Positions 36,704-46,042 of a stretch of 64,000 nucleotides of DNA are shown piece by piece. The translations under genes were made by a program, and so were the position numbers. Source of the stretch: Candidatus Kaiserbacteria bacterium (GTDB lineage Bacteria > Patescibacteriota > Minisyncoccia > Phycocordibacterales > UBA2100); contig JACRFK010000009.1 in NCBI GenBank assembly GCA_016217925.1, positions 33,191-97,190 of the forward strand. Reading direction: 5' to 3'. Below the pieces are notes generated by a model. That model worked only from the letters and a program-made list of their open reading frames with translations, had not been told where the DNA came from and made no database searches. Every line of letters starts with the position of its first letter. Position 1 is the first letter of the stretch.

Positions 36704-39700
36704 ATGATCAAAGTATTGTCAATATCAGAATCGAGAATAATGGCTGTATTCCTAGCTATAGCCATTATCTACACCCCGATAGCCCCCGCTGTCCTTTATG
36801 CTCAAGTGGCGACCACCACCGAGACCACCACGGAAACGAGGGCAGAGAGAGATAGAAATGCGGATACCGCGCCCCCGACCATCGAGCCTCACGCGAACGT
36901 AAACGCCGAAGCAACGTCTGAAGCCGGTGCCGTCGTTTCATACACTTCGCCCGCTACGACAGACGATGTAGACGGTGCGGGCGTCGCCTCGTGCTCTCCT
37001 CCTTCGGGCTCCACCTTCCCGGTCGGTAATACAGTGGTGACCTGTACCGCGACCGATGTCGCAGGCAACACGGCTACGATGTCGTTCTATATAAAAGTTG
37101 CCGCTCTTCCGCCGCCCGACACCGCCACGACCACTCCCGATGTCGCCACAAGCACGCCCGACATTATTGCAACGAGTACTCCCGACATTATTGCCACAAG
37201 CACTCCCGATGTCGCGACCAGCACTCCGGAGACAACTCCACCCGACGACCCGTCCGCCGCTTCGACCGCGTCCGCCAATTCGGCAGAAATTCCTCCGGAC
37301 CAATCCGGTACCGACAATACTGATTTCCAAAATATCATCAATGGAGGATCTGCAACTACCACGGACGATACACTACCTATCATCAATGCGAGCGCGACCT
37401 CGACAGAGGCACTCGCCCTTGATCCCAAGCTCTCCGTCGCCACTTCAACGGACGGCACCGGCTCGAAATTTGGCGGCACGATATTCACGGGAAGCGCCGT
37501 TGCCTCCACGACGGTCAACAATACTCTCAACATCACGCGCTCGAACGTAGACGGCCCCGGAGTGACCAACAGCTCCCACATCACTGCAGATACCGATAAC
37601 ACTGGTACCGTGACGACGGCCGATGATACGCGGGCGTTCACCGGAGACAACAATGGCTTCGGCGGAGAGGGCAATGCGACCATTTACACAGGCAACGCCG
37701 TCTCCTCCGCGCGGGTCTTAAACGTCGTCAACACCAACTTTTTCAATTCGACCGGTCTCGTACTCTTTCTCAACCCGCAAAATGGCGACGGCCTTGACCT
37801 GCGCACCGCCAATCTCTCGTACCTCATCGCCGGTGGTGTAGGGGCTTCCCCGACCAATCTAGGATGCACCATCCTCACGTGTCTCAATAGCGCGACATTG
37901 CAGATACTCAATAAAAACGTCGGCACCATCAACAACAACGTCCTTGTGCGTGCCTCGACAGGCGGCAATGCTGCGACTTCGACCAAGGAAGGAGGCATCG
38001 ACATACGGACGGGCGACGCATACGCTTCCGCAGCCGTCTTGAACCTCGTCAATACGAATTTCATCAACTCAAAATATTTTGTCGCGACATTCGATAATTT
38101 CGGCAGTATGCAGGGCGACGTCGTACTACCCGACGCAGGCTTTTTCAGGACATTCTTCAAGAACGGCAATACGCTGCCCGACCTCAATTCGAGTTCGTAC
38201 ATCGTCTCGAATGACAACGAAGAGACATTCGTGGGGACGACTACCGCCAATGCGCTTACCGGAGGAAACATCGCTACGACCACGAGCCCGGGTGACGGCC
38301 ACGGGGAAATAAAGACCGGACAAGCCTACACGTCGTCTACAAGCTACACCGCCGCCAACCAAACACACGTCGGTGGCTCATCGGCGCTGTTCGTGTTCCA
38401 CGTATCCGGCGCGTGGAACGGCACCGTCAAAGGCTTGCCCGAAGGCATGTCGTGGCGCCGTACCGATTACGGCATCGAGGTCTACAGTTCCGGCAACAAC
38501 TTGTCCACGAGCACACAAGGTATCTACAATTCGGCAACATTCATCGCTTCTTCGACCAACAGGGCGACCGTGAGAACCGACGTGAACGTCTGGGCTGAGA
38601 CCGGTGAGAACCGCGCGCAGACCGAGAACGGTACCTCGACCATCGCGACAGGAGACGCCTATGCGACCGCCAACGTCGTCAACATGGTGAACACCAACGT
38701 CGTCAACAGGAACTTCATGTTCGCCGTGTTCAATATATCCGGCGATTGGAACGGGGACATCGACTTCGGAGGCCACAGCCCGAACATGAAGGTGACGACG
38801 ACGGTGGACGCACCAAACCCCACGGCCCCGAACTCCGATGTCACCTACCACCTCACTGTTGCGAATAATGGCAGTGTTGATGCGGACAACGTCGTTCTTT
38901 CGGCAGCATACAACAAAAGCCTCCTCTTCATCTCGAGAAGCAACGGGCTCAGTTCGGATACCTCGACCGGTACAAAGTGGGACCTCGGCCGTATTCCTGC
39001 GGGAGGTACTCGTGAAATAATCGCGACCGCGCGCGTATCCGCTCCGGGCCTCTCCGCCGGGTTCTCGATGACCCTACCCTTGACGGCGACCGTCTCATCC
39101 AGTCTTCGAGATCAGGACGATGCCGACAATACACAGAGCGTCTCGGTCGTCGTCTCTTTGCCGGAAAGCGGAAGTACCGGAGGTGATACTACCAACACGG
39201 ATACCCGAGACAGAGGAGACCGCACGGATACCGGCAGCACTCCTCCGCCACCGCCACCCTCTGGAGGCGGAGGCGGCGGTGGAGGCGGCGGTGGAGGAGG
39301 CGGAGGCGGCAGTACCCCACCACCCTCCGGCGGCGGCGGCACGCCACCGCCCGCGGGCAGCGGAACCACCACCCCACCACCCGGCACTACTACCACTCCA
39401 CCACCGGCCTCAAATAACGGTACGAGTCCCTCGACAAACTCGGGCTCTTCGGGTGGCGGAGGTTCTACGCCCGCGAGCACGAATAATGGCGTATTCGTCG
39501 GCAACAACGCCATCGCGACGACATGGGAGCCGAACCCCGAGATAACGGTGGTAAAGACATCGAGTATCGTGAAGACGACAGCGCCCGCGACGGTGGACTA
39601 CAAAGTGATAGTGAGGAATAGCAAGAACGCGGGCGCGGCGTTCCGCGGACTGCTCACCGACATACTCTACAATCCGAAGGGGGCCGTTATGTCCAATCGT

Positions 39701-40381
39701 TCGTGGGACCTCGAGACGATAGTCCCCGGCGATGAGATAACGCTCACGTACACCGTTGAATACGCCACGAGTACTGCTCCGGGTAAGTATCACAACGTAG
39801 CGCGAGTGACCGCGAAGCGCAATTCGTCTATTGCCACAGCGCCCGATATAACGCCCGTTGAGGCGTCCCGAGATGTTGAATTTGGCTCCAACGGTCTTGT
39901 ACTTGGGGTTTCTACATCGAGCCCGAAGTTTGCGAGCTCGACCATCACCGTCGCGCCCACCTCCTGCGTCCCGCTCCTCACGACCTTTATGAAACAGGGG
40001 CAAGCGAACGTACCATCCGAGGTCGTAAAACTGCAGACATTTCTCAATACGGAAGGCGCACGGCTTCCGACGACCGGATTCTTCGGGTCCATGACGACGG
40101 CAGCCGTCAAGAACTTTCAGCTCAAATATAAGAGTGAGGTCCTGACACCGCTCGGACTTACGAGACCCACCGGCAATGTGTACGGCTCGACCCAAAGAAA
40201 GATAAACCAACTGAACTGTGGCGGGACAACGACCTATATGGAGAACGCACCTGCGGTATCTGCATCTGCGGTGAAGCCGGCGTCGAAGAAAGCTGCGGCC
40301 CCCGCGAAAGCTCCCGCGGCACCGAAGTCGTCCGGATTGCTCAACGCCGTCGGCTCGCTGTTCTCGAAGAAGTGGTGGTAA
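36704..40381 (+). CDS. Large secreted protein: HYR-like domain, TG..N repeats, DUF11-like Ig domains, peptidoglycan-binding-like domain
   Basis: SGSTFPVGNTVVTCTATDVAGN; repeated I.TG.A......N.VNTN; YHLTVANNGSVDADNVVL; VVKLQTFL..TGFFGSMTTAAVKNFQ. Confidence 0.88.
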   Translation: MIKVLSISESRIMAVFLAIAIIYTPIAPAVLYAQVATTTETTTETRAERDRNADTAPPTIEPHANVNAEATSEAGAVVSYTSPATTDDVDGAGVASCSPPSGSTFPVGNTVVTCTATDVAGNTATMSFYIKVAALPPPDTATTTPDVATSTPDIIATSTPDIIATSTPDVATSTPETTPPDDPSAASTASANSAEIPPDQSGTDNTDFQNIINGGSATTTDDTLPIINASATSTEALALDPKLSVATSTDGTGSKFGGTIFTGSAVASTTVNNTLNITRSNVDGPGVTNSSHITADTDNTGTVTTADDTRAFTGDNNGFGGEGNATIYTGNAVSSARVLNVVNTNFFNSTGLVLFLNPQNGDGLDLRTANLSYLIAGGVGASPTNLGCTILTCLNSATLQILNKNVGTINNNVLVRASTGGNAATSTKEGGIDIRTGDAYASAAVLNLVNTNFINSKYFVATFDNFGSMQGDVVLPDAGFFRTFFKNGNTLPDLNSSSYIVSNDNEETFVGTTTANALTGGNIATTTSPGDGHGEIKTGQAYTSSTSYTAANQTHVGGSSALFVFHVSGAWNGTVKGLPEGMSWRRTDYGIEVYSSGNNLSTSTQGIYNSATFIASSTNRATVRTDVNVWAETGENRAQTENGTSTIATGDAYATANVVNMVNTNVVNRNFMFAVFNISGDWNGDIDFGGHSPNMKVTTTVDAPNPTAPNSDVTYHLTVANNGSVDADNVVLSAAYNKSLLFISRSNGLSSDTSTGTKWDLGRIPAGGTREIIATARVSAPGLSAGFSMTLPLTATVSSSLRDQDDADNTQSVSVVVSLPESGSTGGDTTNTDTRDRGDRTDTGSTPPPPPPSGGGGGGGGGGGGGGGGSTPPPSGGGGTPPPAGSGTTTPPPGTTTTPPPASNNGTSPSTNSGSSGGGGSTPASTNNGVFVGNNAIATTWEPNPEITVVKTSSIVKTTAPATVDYKVIVRNSKNAGAAFRGLLTDILYNPKGAVMSNRSWDLETIVPGDEITLTYTVEYATSTAPGKYHNVARVTAKRNSSIATAPDITPVEASRDVEFGSNGLVLGVSTSSPKFASSTITVAPTSCVPLLTTFMKQGQANVPSEVVKLQTFLNTEGARLPTTGFFGSMTTAAVKNFQLKYKSEVLTPLGLTRPTGNVYGSTQRKINQLNCGGTTTYMENAPAVSASAVKPASKKAAAPAKAPAAPKSSGLLNAVGSLFSKKWW
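37124..37230 (+). repeat. ATSTPD(V/II) coding tandem repeat (five units)
   Basis: ATTTPDVATSTPDIIATSTPDIIATSTPDVATSTPE. Confidence 0.8.
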
Positions 40382-40392
40382 GTTCATTCGTT

Positions 40393-40842
40393 ATGAGGAA
40401 CATGCTCCGTAAAATCACAGCGATTTCTCTATTTGTACCGCTGTTTGCGTACGCGGAAGTGCTTCAGAGTACGAGCGTATCCTCATCGTACAGCGGAGGC
40501 GTAGTCGTTGCCGCCGAGGCGACGTCGACCGGGGAGTCAAGCGCGTCTGCAGATATCAGGGCGACTGTGAGGAGCGGGAAGGGCGGCGTGTGGGTAGAGA
40601 TAACGACAGAGAAAGACGGTGTACGGCGGACAGAGGTCCGACAAGGGGACGTGTCACCGGAACGATCTGTCACTGTTTCTATCGCGACGAGTAGCGGAGC
40701 CGGGGTTCCTGCCGGAGAAGCGCGCGCCACGAGGGGAGGGAATGCTACGACAAGCGCTCAGCGCGCTTCCGGGGCTCTACGTATTTGGAGCGAGAATCTT
40801 CGAGCTCTCCTGAGGAACTTTTTCCGTCAATTCTCCCGCTAA
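40393..40842 (+). CDS. Small secreted protein
   Basis: Signal (FAYA), beta-rich core, amphipathic C-terminus. Confidence 0.7.
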   Translation: MRNMLRKITAISLFVPLFAYAEVLQSTSVSSSYSGGVVVAAEATSTGESSASADIRATVRSGKGGVWVEITTEKDGVRRTEVRQGDVSPERSVTVSIATSSGAGVPAGEARATRGGNATTSAQRASGALRIWSENLRALLRNFFRQFSR

Positions 40843-40964
40843 CTACCAAAAAAGCACATAGGTCGGTTCTCGGGGATTAAAAAGCACATAGGTCGGTTCT
40901 CGGGGATTTTTTGGAGGCGTGCTATTGCGCTTGACCTTGACAGAGGACGGTATACACTGGCGGC

Positions 40965-42290
40965 ATGAGTATACGGAGATTTATGTCTTCGGTGTTGCTT
41001 TTGGCTGTCTGTACGGCGTTCACTTTTTTTGCTTTTGTCAATGCGGATGTGCGCGAAGACCGACCCGTGCGGGATGAGGTGGTCGCAGGTCAATACATCG
41101 TCGTTCTCAAAGACTCGGTCGTGGATATCGATACGGCGGAAAATGACATAGTCAAGAATTCCCGTAGTGAGCGATTTAATTCCTACAGAAATACGATCCA
41201 CGGATTCGCCGCTCGCATTCCCGATGCAGAACTCGACGCGGTGAAGAACGACCCGCGTGTCGAATTCGTGAGCGAGGACCGAGTGGTTTCTACTACCGAT
41301 GCCCGCAGCGCGGGAGCGCGTGAGCGCGGTGTAACAGAGCTCGCCAAAAACGGCACTCTCTTTGCCCAGGCGCAGTCACTGCCCACAGGCATCGATCGCA
41401 TCAATGCGGAGAACAAAACCAACAAAGGAGCCGGCGTGCAGGTCGCGGTCATCGACACCGGCATTTACGTAAACCATCCGGACCTCAAGGCAAACGTGCT
41501 CGGCGGCAAAAATTGCATATCGTCGAATAAATCGGCATACATTGACCAGAACGGACACGGCACGCACGTCGCGGGCACTATCGCTGCCCTGGATAACGGT
41601 CAGGGAGTTGTCGGCGTTGCGCCTGCGGCGAAGCTCTGGGCTATACGCGTACTCGACAGAAATGGCAACGGCACGTGGTCGTCGGTCATATGCGGCCTAG
41701 ACGCCGTTGCCGCGAGCGGCCCGAAATACGGCGGCAGTATCACCGTTGCGAACATGAGCCTCGGCGGAAGCGGCACATCCGACAACAACTGCGGCAATAC
41801 CAATAACGACGCCCTGCACAAGGCAGTCTGCCGCGTACGTGATGCGGGCATCACGCTCGTCGTCGCCGCAGGCAACAGTGGCGCTAATGCCGCAAACTTC
41901 GTACCGGCGGCCTACGACGACGCCGTCATCACGGTCTCCGCACTTGCGGACTCGAATGGAACTTCGGGTGGAGGGGGAGCGCCTACTTCCTACGGTGCCG
42001 ACGACACATTCGCATCGTTCAGCAACTGGGGTACGCCGGTAGATATCGGCGCACCGGGCGTCAATATTTATTCAACGTGGCTTTCGAATGGCTACAAAAC
42101 TATTAGCGGCACGAGCATGGCCTCTCCACACGTGGCAGGTGCGGCGGCTCTCTACGTCGCAACGCACCCGGGCGCCTTGTGGACCGACGTGCGCAATGCC
42201 TTGGTCGCCGCGGGGGAAGCCGTCGGGGCAGGGCACACCGACCCTTCAGGAAAACATCCGGAGCTTGTCTTGCGCGCCGATACGCTATAA
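40965..42290 (+). CDS. Subtilisin-family (S8) serine protease with I9 propeptide
   Basis: VAVIDTG, NGHGTHVAG, AAGN, SGTSMASPHVAG. Confidence 0.97.
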   Translation: MSIRRFMSSVLLLAVCTAFTFFAFVNADVREDRPVRDEVVAGQYIVVLKDSVVDIDTAENDIVKNSRSERFNSYRNTIHGFAARIPDAELDAVKNDPRVEFVSEDRVVSTTDARSAGARERGVTELAKNGTLFAQAQSLPTGIDRINAENKTNKGAGVQVAVIDTGIYVNHPDLKANVLGGKNCISSNKSAYIDQNGHGTHVAGTIAALDNGQGVVGVAPAAKLWAIRVLDRNGNGTWSSVICGLDAVAASGPKYGGSITVANMSLGGSGTSDNNCGNTNNDALHKAVCRVRDAGITLVVAAGNSGANAANFVPAAYDDAVITVSALADSNGTSGGGGAPTSYGADDTFASFSNWGTPVDIGAPGVNIYSTWLSNGYKTISGTSMASPHVAGAAALYVATHPGALWTDVRNALVAAGEAVGAGHTDPSGKHPELVLRADTL

Positions 42291-42334
42291 AAAAACGAGT
42301 TTTGAGTTTGGCGGGGACATGAGAAAATGCACGT

Positions 42335-43336
42335 GTGCGTAACAACACACCAAAGCGCTTGAGCCGTACCCCTTCGGTCATGCCGAAACGGCAGCTGTGG
42401 CTCCTCGAGGGGGCAACATTAGCCGCTTCGGTCGCGCTCATACTCTCTCTTTTTTGCGTATCTGCGATACAAACATTCATCGTCCGTTCGGGGCAAGGAG
42501 CGGCGGTCGTCTCTGCGGTATTGGTCGATCTCGCGAACAGTGACCGCGCATCGAACATGGTGGGGGGCCTCACCGTAAATCCCGTGCTTACCGCTGCGGC
42601 GCAGGCAAAAGCCGACGATATGGCGGCGAAGGGATACTTCGCCCACGTCTCTCCAGACGGTCGCGATTCGTGGTACTGGTTTAAGCAGGCCGGATACTCA
42701 TTCAGCTATGCGGGAGAAAATCTCGCCGTCGACTTCTCCGATTCCGCGGATGTCGAGCGGGCGTGGATGAATTCGCCCACGCACCACGACAATCTGCTCG
42801 ACCCGCATTTTACCGAGATCGGTATCGCGCTTGCGTGGGGGACATTTGAGGGCCACGCGACGACGTTCGTGGTGCAGATGTTCGGTACTCCCGCGGAGAC
42901 TGCAGAGGTCGCCTCTATTCAGGAGGTTGCAACACCGCTCGATGCCACAGAAACCGCTGTCGCAACGACGCAACCCGCGGGGGCGAACGTCTTGGGTGCA
43001 AGCGTGGATGAGGGAGCGCAAGCCGGCGCACTGACCGCCGACATCAGTACGACCGCGGCTCCGCCCATAGGTGCCGTTACACGATACGCTCCTCCATGGG
43101 GCCTCATGGCGACGTCGCCAAAGACGATGCTACGCTACGCGTTTTACGCCATCGGATTCCTCGTGCTTTTGGCGCTGCTCCTTACAACAGGCCTGGAGTT
43201 GCGATGGCATCATCGAAGAGCCTTTGTTACTGCCGCGTGTTTGCTGGTCTTCATGTCCGCAGTTTTCGTCGTTGCGGATTACGCGGTGTTCACCGAACCG
43301 GTATTGGCCGATACTTTGCCGGGACTTGATCAATAG
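42335..43336 (+). CDS. CAP/SCP domain membrane protein
   Basis: AAQAKADDM..KGYFAH, AGENLA, WMNSPTH, VQMFG; start codon uncertain. Confidence 0.9.
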   Translation: MRNNTPKRLSRTPSVMPKRQLWLLEGATLAASVALILSLFCVSAIQTFIVRSGQGAAVVSAVLVDLANSDRASNMVGGLTVNPVLTAAAQAKADDMAAKGYFAHVSPDGRDSWYWFKQAGYSFSYAGENLAVDFSDSADVERAWMNSPTHHDNLLDPHFTEIGIALAWGTFEGHATTFVVQMFGTPAETAEVASIQEVATPLDATETAVATTQPAGANVLGASVDEGAQAGALTADISTTAAPPIGAVTRYAPPWGLMATSPKTMLRYAFYAIGFLVLLALLLTTGLELRWHHRRAFVTAACLLVFMSAVFVVADYAVFTEPVLADTLPGLDQ

Positions 43337-43427
43337 ATTTGTAACGCAGGATATACACATGCACCCCTCGCGCGGGTGTGCCGCGGGTCTACAATTCACA
43401 AATTATCTTTAAAACGGATATATTGTG

Positions 43428-44069
43428 ATGAAATATATTTCATGGGCAACAGGTCTTGCGGTCGCAAGCGCCATTGTGATGATGGGCGCTTTTCTTTTTG
43501 CGGTGCCATGGGTGAGTGCGAGCGCAGCACAACAGCTGACGTTATGCGCTCAAAAGAGCGGGGTCGTGTTCGTTGTGGGAGAAGGATTCCGACGCACTGA
43601 GTGCAGAGGCAACGAAAGACTTATCAGATTGGACGTAAGCCGTGGCGAACAAGGTCCCGCAGGCCCAGCGGGTCCGCAGGGTCCAAAAGGAGACAAAGGC
43701 GACAAGGGTGATACAGGTGATACCGGCCCGGTCGGTCCGGAAGGTCCACAAGGCCCACAGGGGCAGAAGGGCGAACAGGGTGTTGCCGGCAACAGCGGTG
43801 CAGTGCGCATCGAAGGCACACCGATTTCTTCTGCACCGGGGGCCGGCGGTGGTGCCCAAGTGACGGCTACCGCAACGTGCCCGACCGGAGTACTTCTTGG
43901 TGGTGGTGCCAACGTTACGAACTCGTCGGGGACTTCGAACGGCAGCGTCATTCTTTCGTCTTCATATCCGAGCGACGCGACCACATGGACTGCAGTAGGG
44001 ACTGTGCGCGCAGTTCTCGCAGCGAGCGCTGAAATGGTCGTGCAGGCATTCGCGCTCTGTTCGCTCTAA
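43428..44069 (+). CDS. Secreted collagen-like protein
   Basis: Signal peptide, about 17 Gly-X-Y triplets, C-terminal ATATCP...LLGGG...ALC domain. Confidence 0.9.
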   Translation: MKYISWATGLAVASAIVMMGAFLFAVPWVSASAAQQLTLCAQKSGVVFVVGEGFRRTECRGNERLIRLDVSRGEQGPAGPAGPQGPKGDKGDKGDTGDTGPVGPEGPQGPQGQKGEQGVAGNSGAVRIEGTPISSAPGAGGGAQVTATATCPTGVLLGGGANVTNSSGTSNGSVILSSSYPSDATTWTAVGTVRAVLAASAEMVVQAFALCSL

Positions 44070-44149
44070 TTCTCGCTGTAATCGAATGGGCCGCGTTCTC
44101 CACCAAGGCTTGTTTGCAGGGTGTGAGTTCCGTCCTACTATACAGGTAT

Positions 44150-44830
44150 ATGCGCAGCATACTCACGTTAGGAGCCGCCGCGCTCATCGTCGCTCTTATT
44201 ATTGTGAATGGTCCGGCCCTTTCCCATTCCCGGCTCGTCCTAAATCCGGCTGCTCAAGCGGGCGCGGCGGTCTTCATATACGACGAGGACGGGTACCCGG
44301 TTATTTTCGATGAAGTGTATCCGGATTATGTCGTAAACGATCAGCCGGGTATGTTCTACACGCCTTGGGATGACTACGACTACTACTACGATTACTACAA
44401 CTACGGAACCGGCTACGGCCCGTACGACTATTCTTCAGGCGACGTTACCTATTACGATACATGGGATACGTACTACTACGAGCCGCCTCCGCCGCCTCCG
44501 CCGAGCCCCTGGTACGTGCAGGCGCTTCCGGGTGTCGGCAGCATTGCGCAACCTATCGTGCAGGGCATTGCTCCGCAGACGAAAGTATCGCCGCGTCCCA
44601 CGTGTTCCATCTCCTCAAGCTCGTCTACCGTCGCATCCGGCGGCTCTGTGATACTTCGCTGGACATCCCAAGGAGCGGAATGGAGCGACCTCACCGAGCT
44701 CGGTATCGTGAGCGCGAGCGGTTCATGGCAATTCGACAGTATGACACGCAGCAGAACGTTCGTCCTCAACCTTTCGGGTCCGGGTGGCACCGGCAGCTGC
44801 TCCACGGTCGTTACCGTCCTGCCGCGTTGA
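44150..44830 (+). CDS. Secreted Tyr/Asp-rich protein with C-terminal Ig/PKD-like domain
   Basis: YDYYYDYYNY tract; PTCSISS...LRWTS...GPGGTGSC. Confidence 0.75.
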   Translation: MRSILTLGAAALIVALIIVNGPALSHSRLVLNPAAQAGAAVFIYDEDGYPVIFDEVYPDYVVNDQPGMFYTPWDDYDYYYDYYNYGTGYGPYDYSSGDVTYYDTWDTYYYEPPPPPPPSPWYVQALPGVGSIAQPIVQGIAPQTKVSPRPTCSISSSSSTVASGGSVILRWTSQGAEWSDLTELGIVSASGSWQFDSMTRSRTFVLNLSGPGGTGSCSTVVTVLPR

Positions 44831-44871
44831 TGGGCAAGTAGTACAAGCCGCGGGTCTGATAGAATGTCACG

Positions 44872-46038
44872 ATGGCCGACAAGGAGTTTCCCGAAGGCTT
44901 CCTGTGGGGCGCTTCTACGGCTGCCTACCAAGTCGAAGGCGGCATTGAAAATGTGGATTGGGCGGAAGCCGCCCGGGAGGGGAAGGTACCCGAAGCCGGA
45001 AGAGCTTGCGACTTTTATAATCGCTTTGGATCTGATTTTGAAATTGCCGCGAGTCTCGGGATGAACGCTCAACGCTTCTCGATAGAATGGGCACGCATTG
45101 AGCCGGAAGAGGGAAAGTTCAACGAGCGAGAGATAGAACACTACCGCGCGGTTCTCGAGAGGCTCAAAGCGAGCGGCGTTACCCCGATGGTGAATCTCTG
45201 GCACTTCACGCTCCCTTTGTGGTTCTCGGAACGAGGCGGATTTTTGGAGAAGGGCGCGCCGGAGATATTCGCGCGGTACTGTCGCTTCGTCGTGGAGCGA
45301 TTGGGGGGTTATGCAGACCTCTGGCTTACCCACAATGAGCCGATAGTGTACTCCAGCAAAGGATTTTGGGATGGCGTCTGGCCGCCGTTTCTGAGAAATC
45401 CTCTGCAGTACCTGCGTGTGATATATGCAGTTGCCGCCGCACATCGTACCGCATACACAGCGATGAAGACCGTGCGTCCGAGCATTCAGATAGGGATCGC
45501 AAAGCACAATATTTTCTTTGAGTCGAATTCAAATCCGTTGAATCGGCTGCTCTGCGTGTGCTCGGATTGGTTCTGGAATCACCGATTCTTGCGGCTCATC
45601 GAGGGATATCAAGACTTCATCGGTCTCAACCATTACCATCACAAGAAATACGGTGCGACATCGCGCGAGCGAGAGACCGCGGTGCGCTCCGACATGGGCT
45701 GGGAAATACACCCAACGTCCCTCTACCACTGCCTTATCGCTCTCAAGCGGTACGGGCTTCCTCTCTACGTCTCCGAACACGGACTTGCGGATGCGGCGGA
45801 TGTACATCGGCCTGAATTCATAAAGAACGCCGCACGCGCAGTACACCGTGCGATAGAGGAAGGAGCACCGGTCAGGGGGTACTTCCATTGGTCACTGCTC
45901 GATAACTACGAGTGGACGGAAGGTTTTACGAAACGCTTCGGGCTCATCGAGGTGAATTACGATACACTCGAACGCACTATCCGGCCGAGCGCGTACGTGT
46001 ATAAACAGATAATCGAGCGGAATGCTCTGATAGACTAA
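44872..46038 (+). CDS. Glycoside hydrolase family 1
   Basis: FPEGFLWGASTAAYQVEG, RFSIEWARIEP, NEP, VSEHG, WSLLDNYEW. Confidence 0.96.
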   Translation: MADKEFPEGFLWGASTAAYQVEGGIENVDWAEAAREGKVPEAGRACDFYNRFGSDFEIAASLGMNAQRFSIEWARIEPEEGKFNEREIEHYRAVLERLKASGVTPMVNLWHFTLPLWFSERGGFLEKGAPEIFARYCRFVVERLGGYADLWLTHNEPIVYSSKGFWDGVWPPFLRNPLQYLRVIYAVAAAHRTAYTAMKTVRPSIQIGIAKHNIFFESNSNPLNRLLCVCSDWFWNHRFLRLIEGYQDFIGLNHYHHKKYGATSRERETAVRSDMGWEIHPTSLYHCLIALKRYGLPLYVSEHGLADAADVHRPEFIKNAARAVHRAIEEGAPVRGYFHWSLLDNYEWTEGFTKRFGLIEVNYDTLERTIRPSAYVYKQIIERNALID

Positions 46039-46042
46039 CGAG

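Larger units (their letters stand above)
30505..40901 (+). repeat. Seven identical dispersed 22-bp repeats AAAAGCACATAGGTCGGTTCTC
   Basis: Copies start at 30505, 30713, 31243, 31551, 33700, 40850 and 40880, all in the same orientation. Confidence 0.95.

Noticed and set aside
26273-40110. Long antisense ORFs over the Gly/Pro/Thr-rich genes
   Set aside because: These are expected from codon bias and low complexity of the sense genes.
30505-40901. 22-bp repeats as a CRISPR array
   Set aside because: Spacing is irregular (30 bp to 7 kb), some copies lie inside ORFs, and there are no cas genes.
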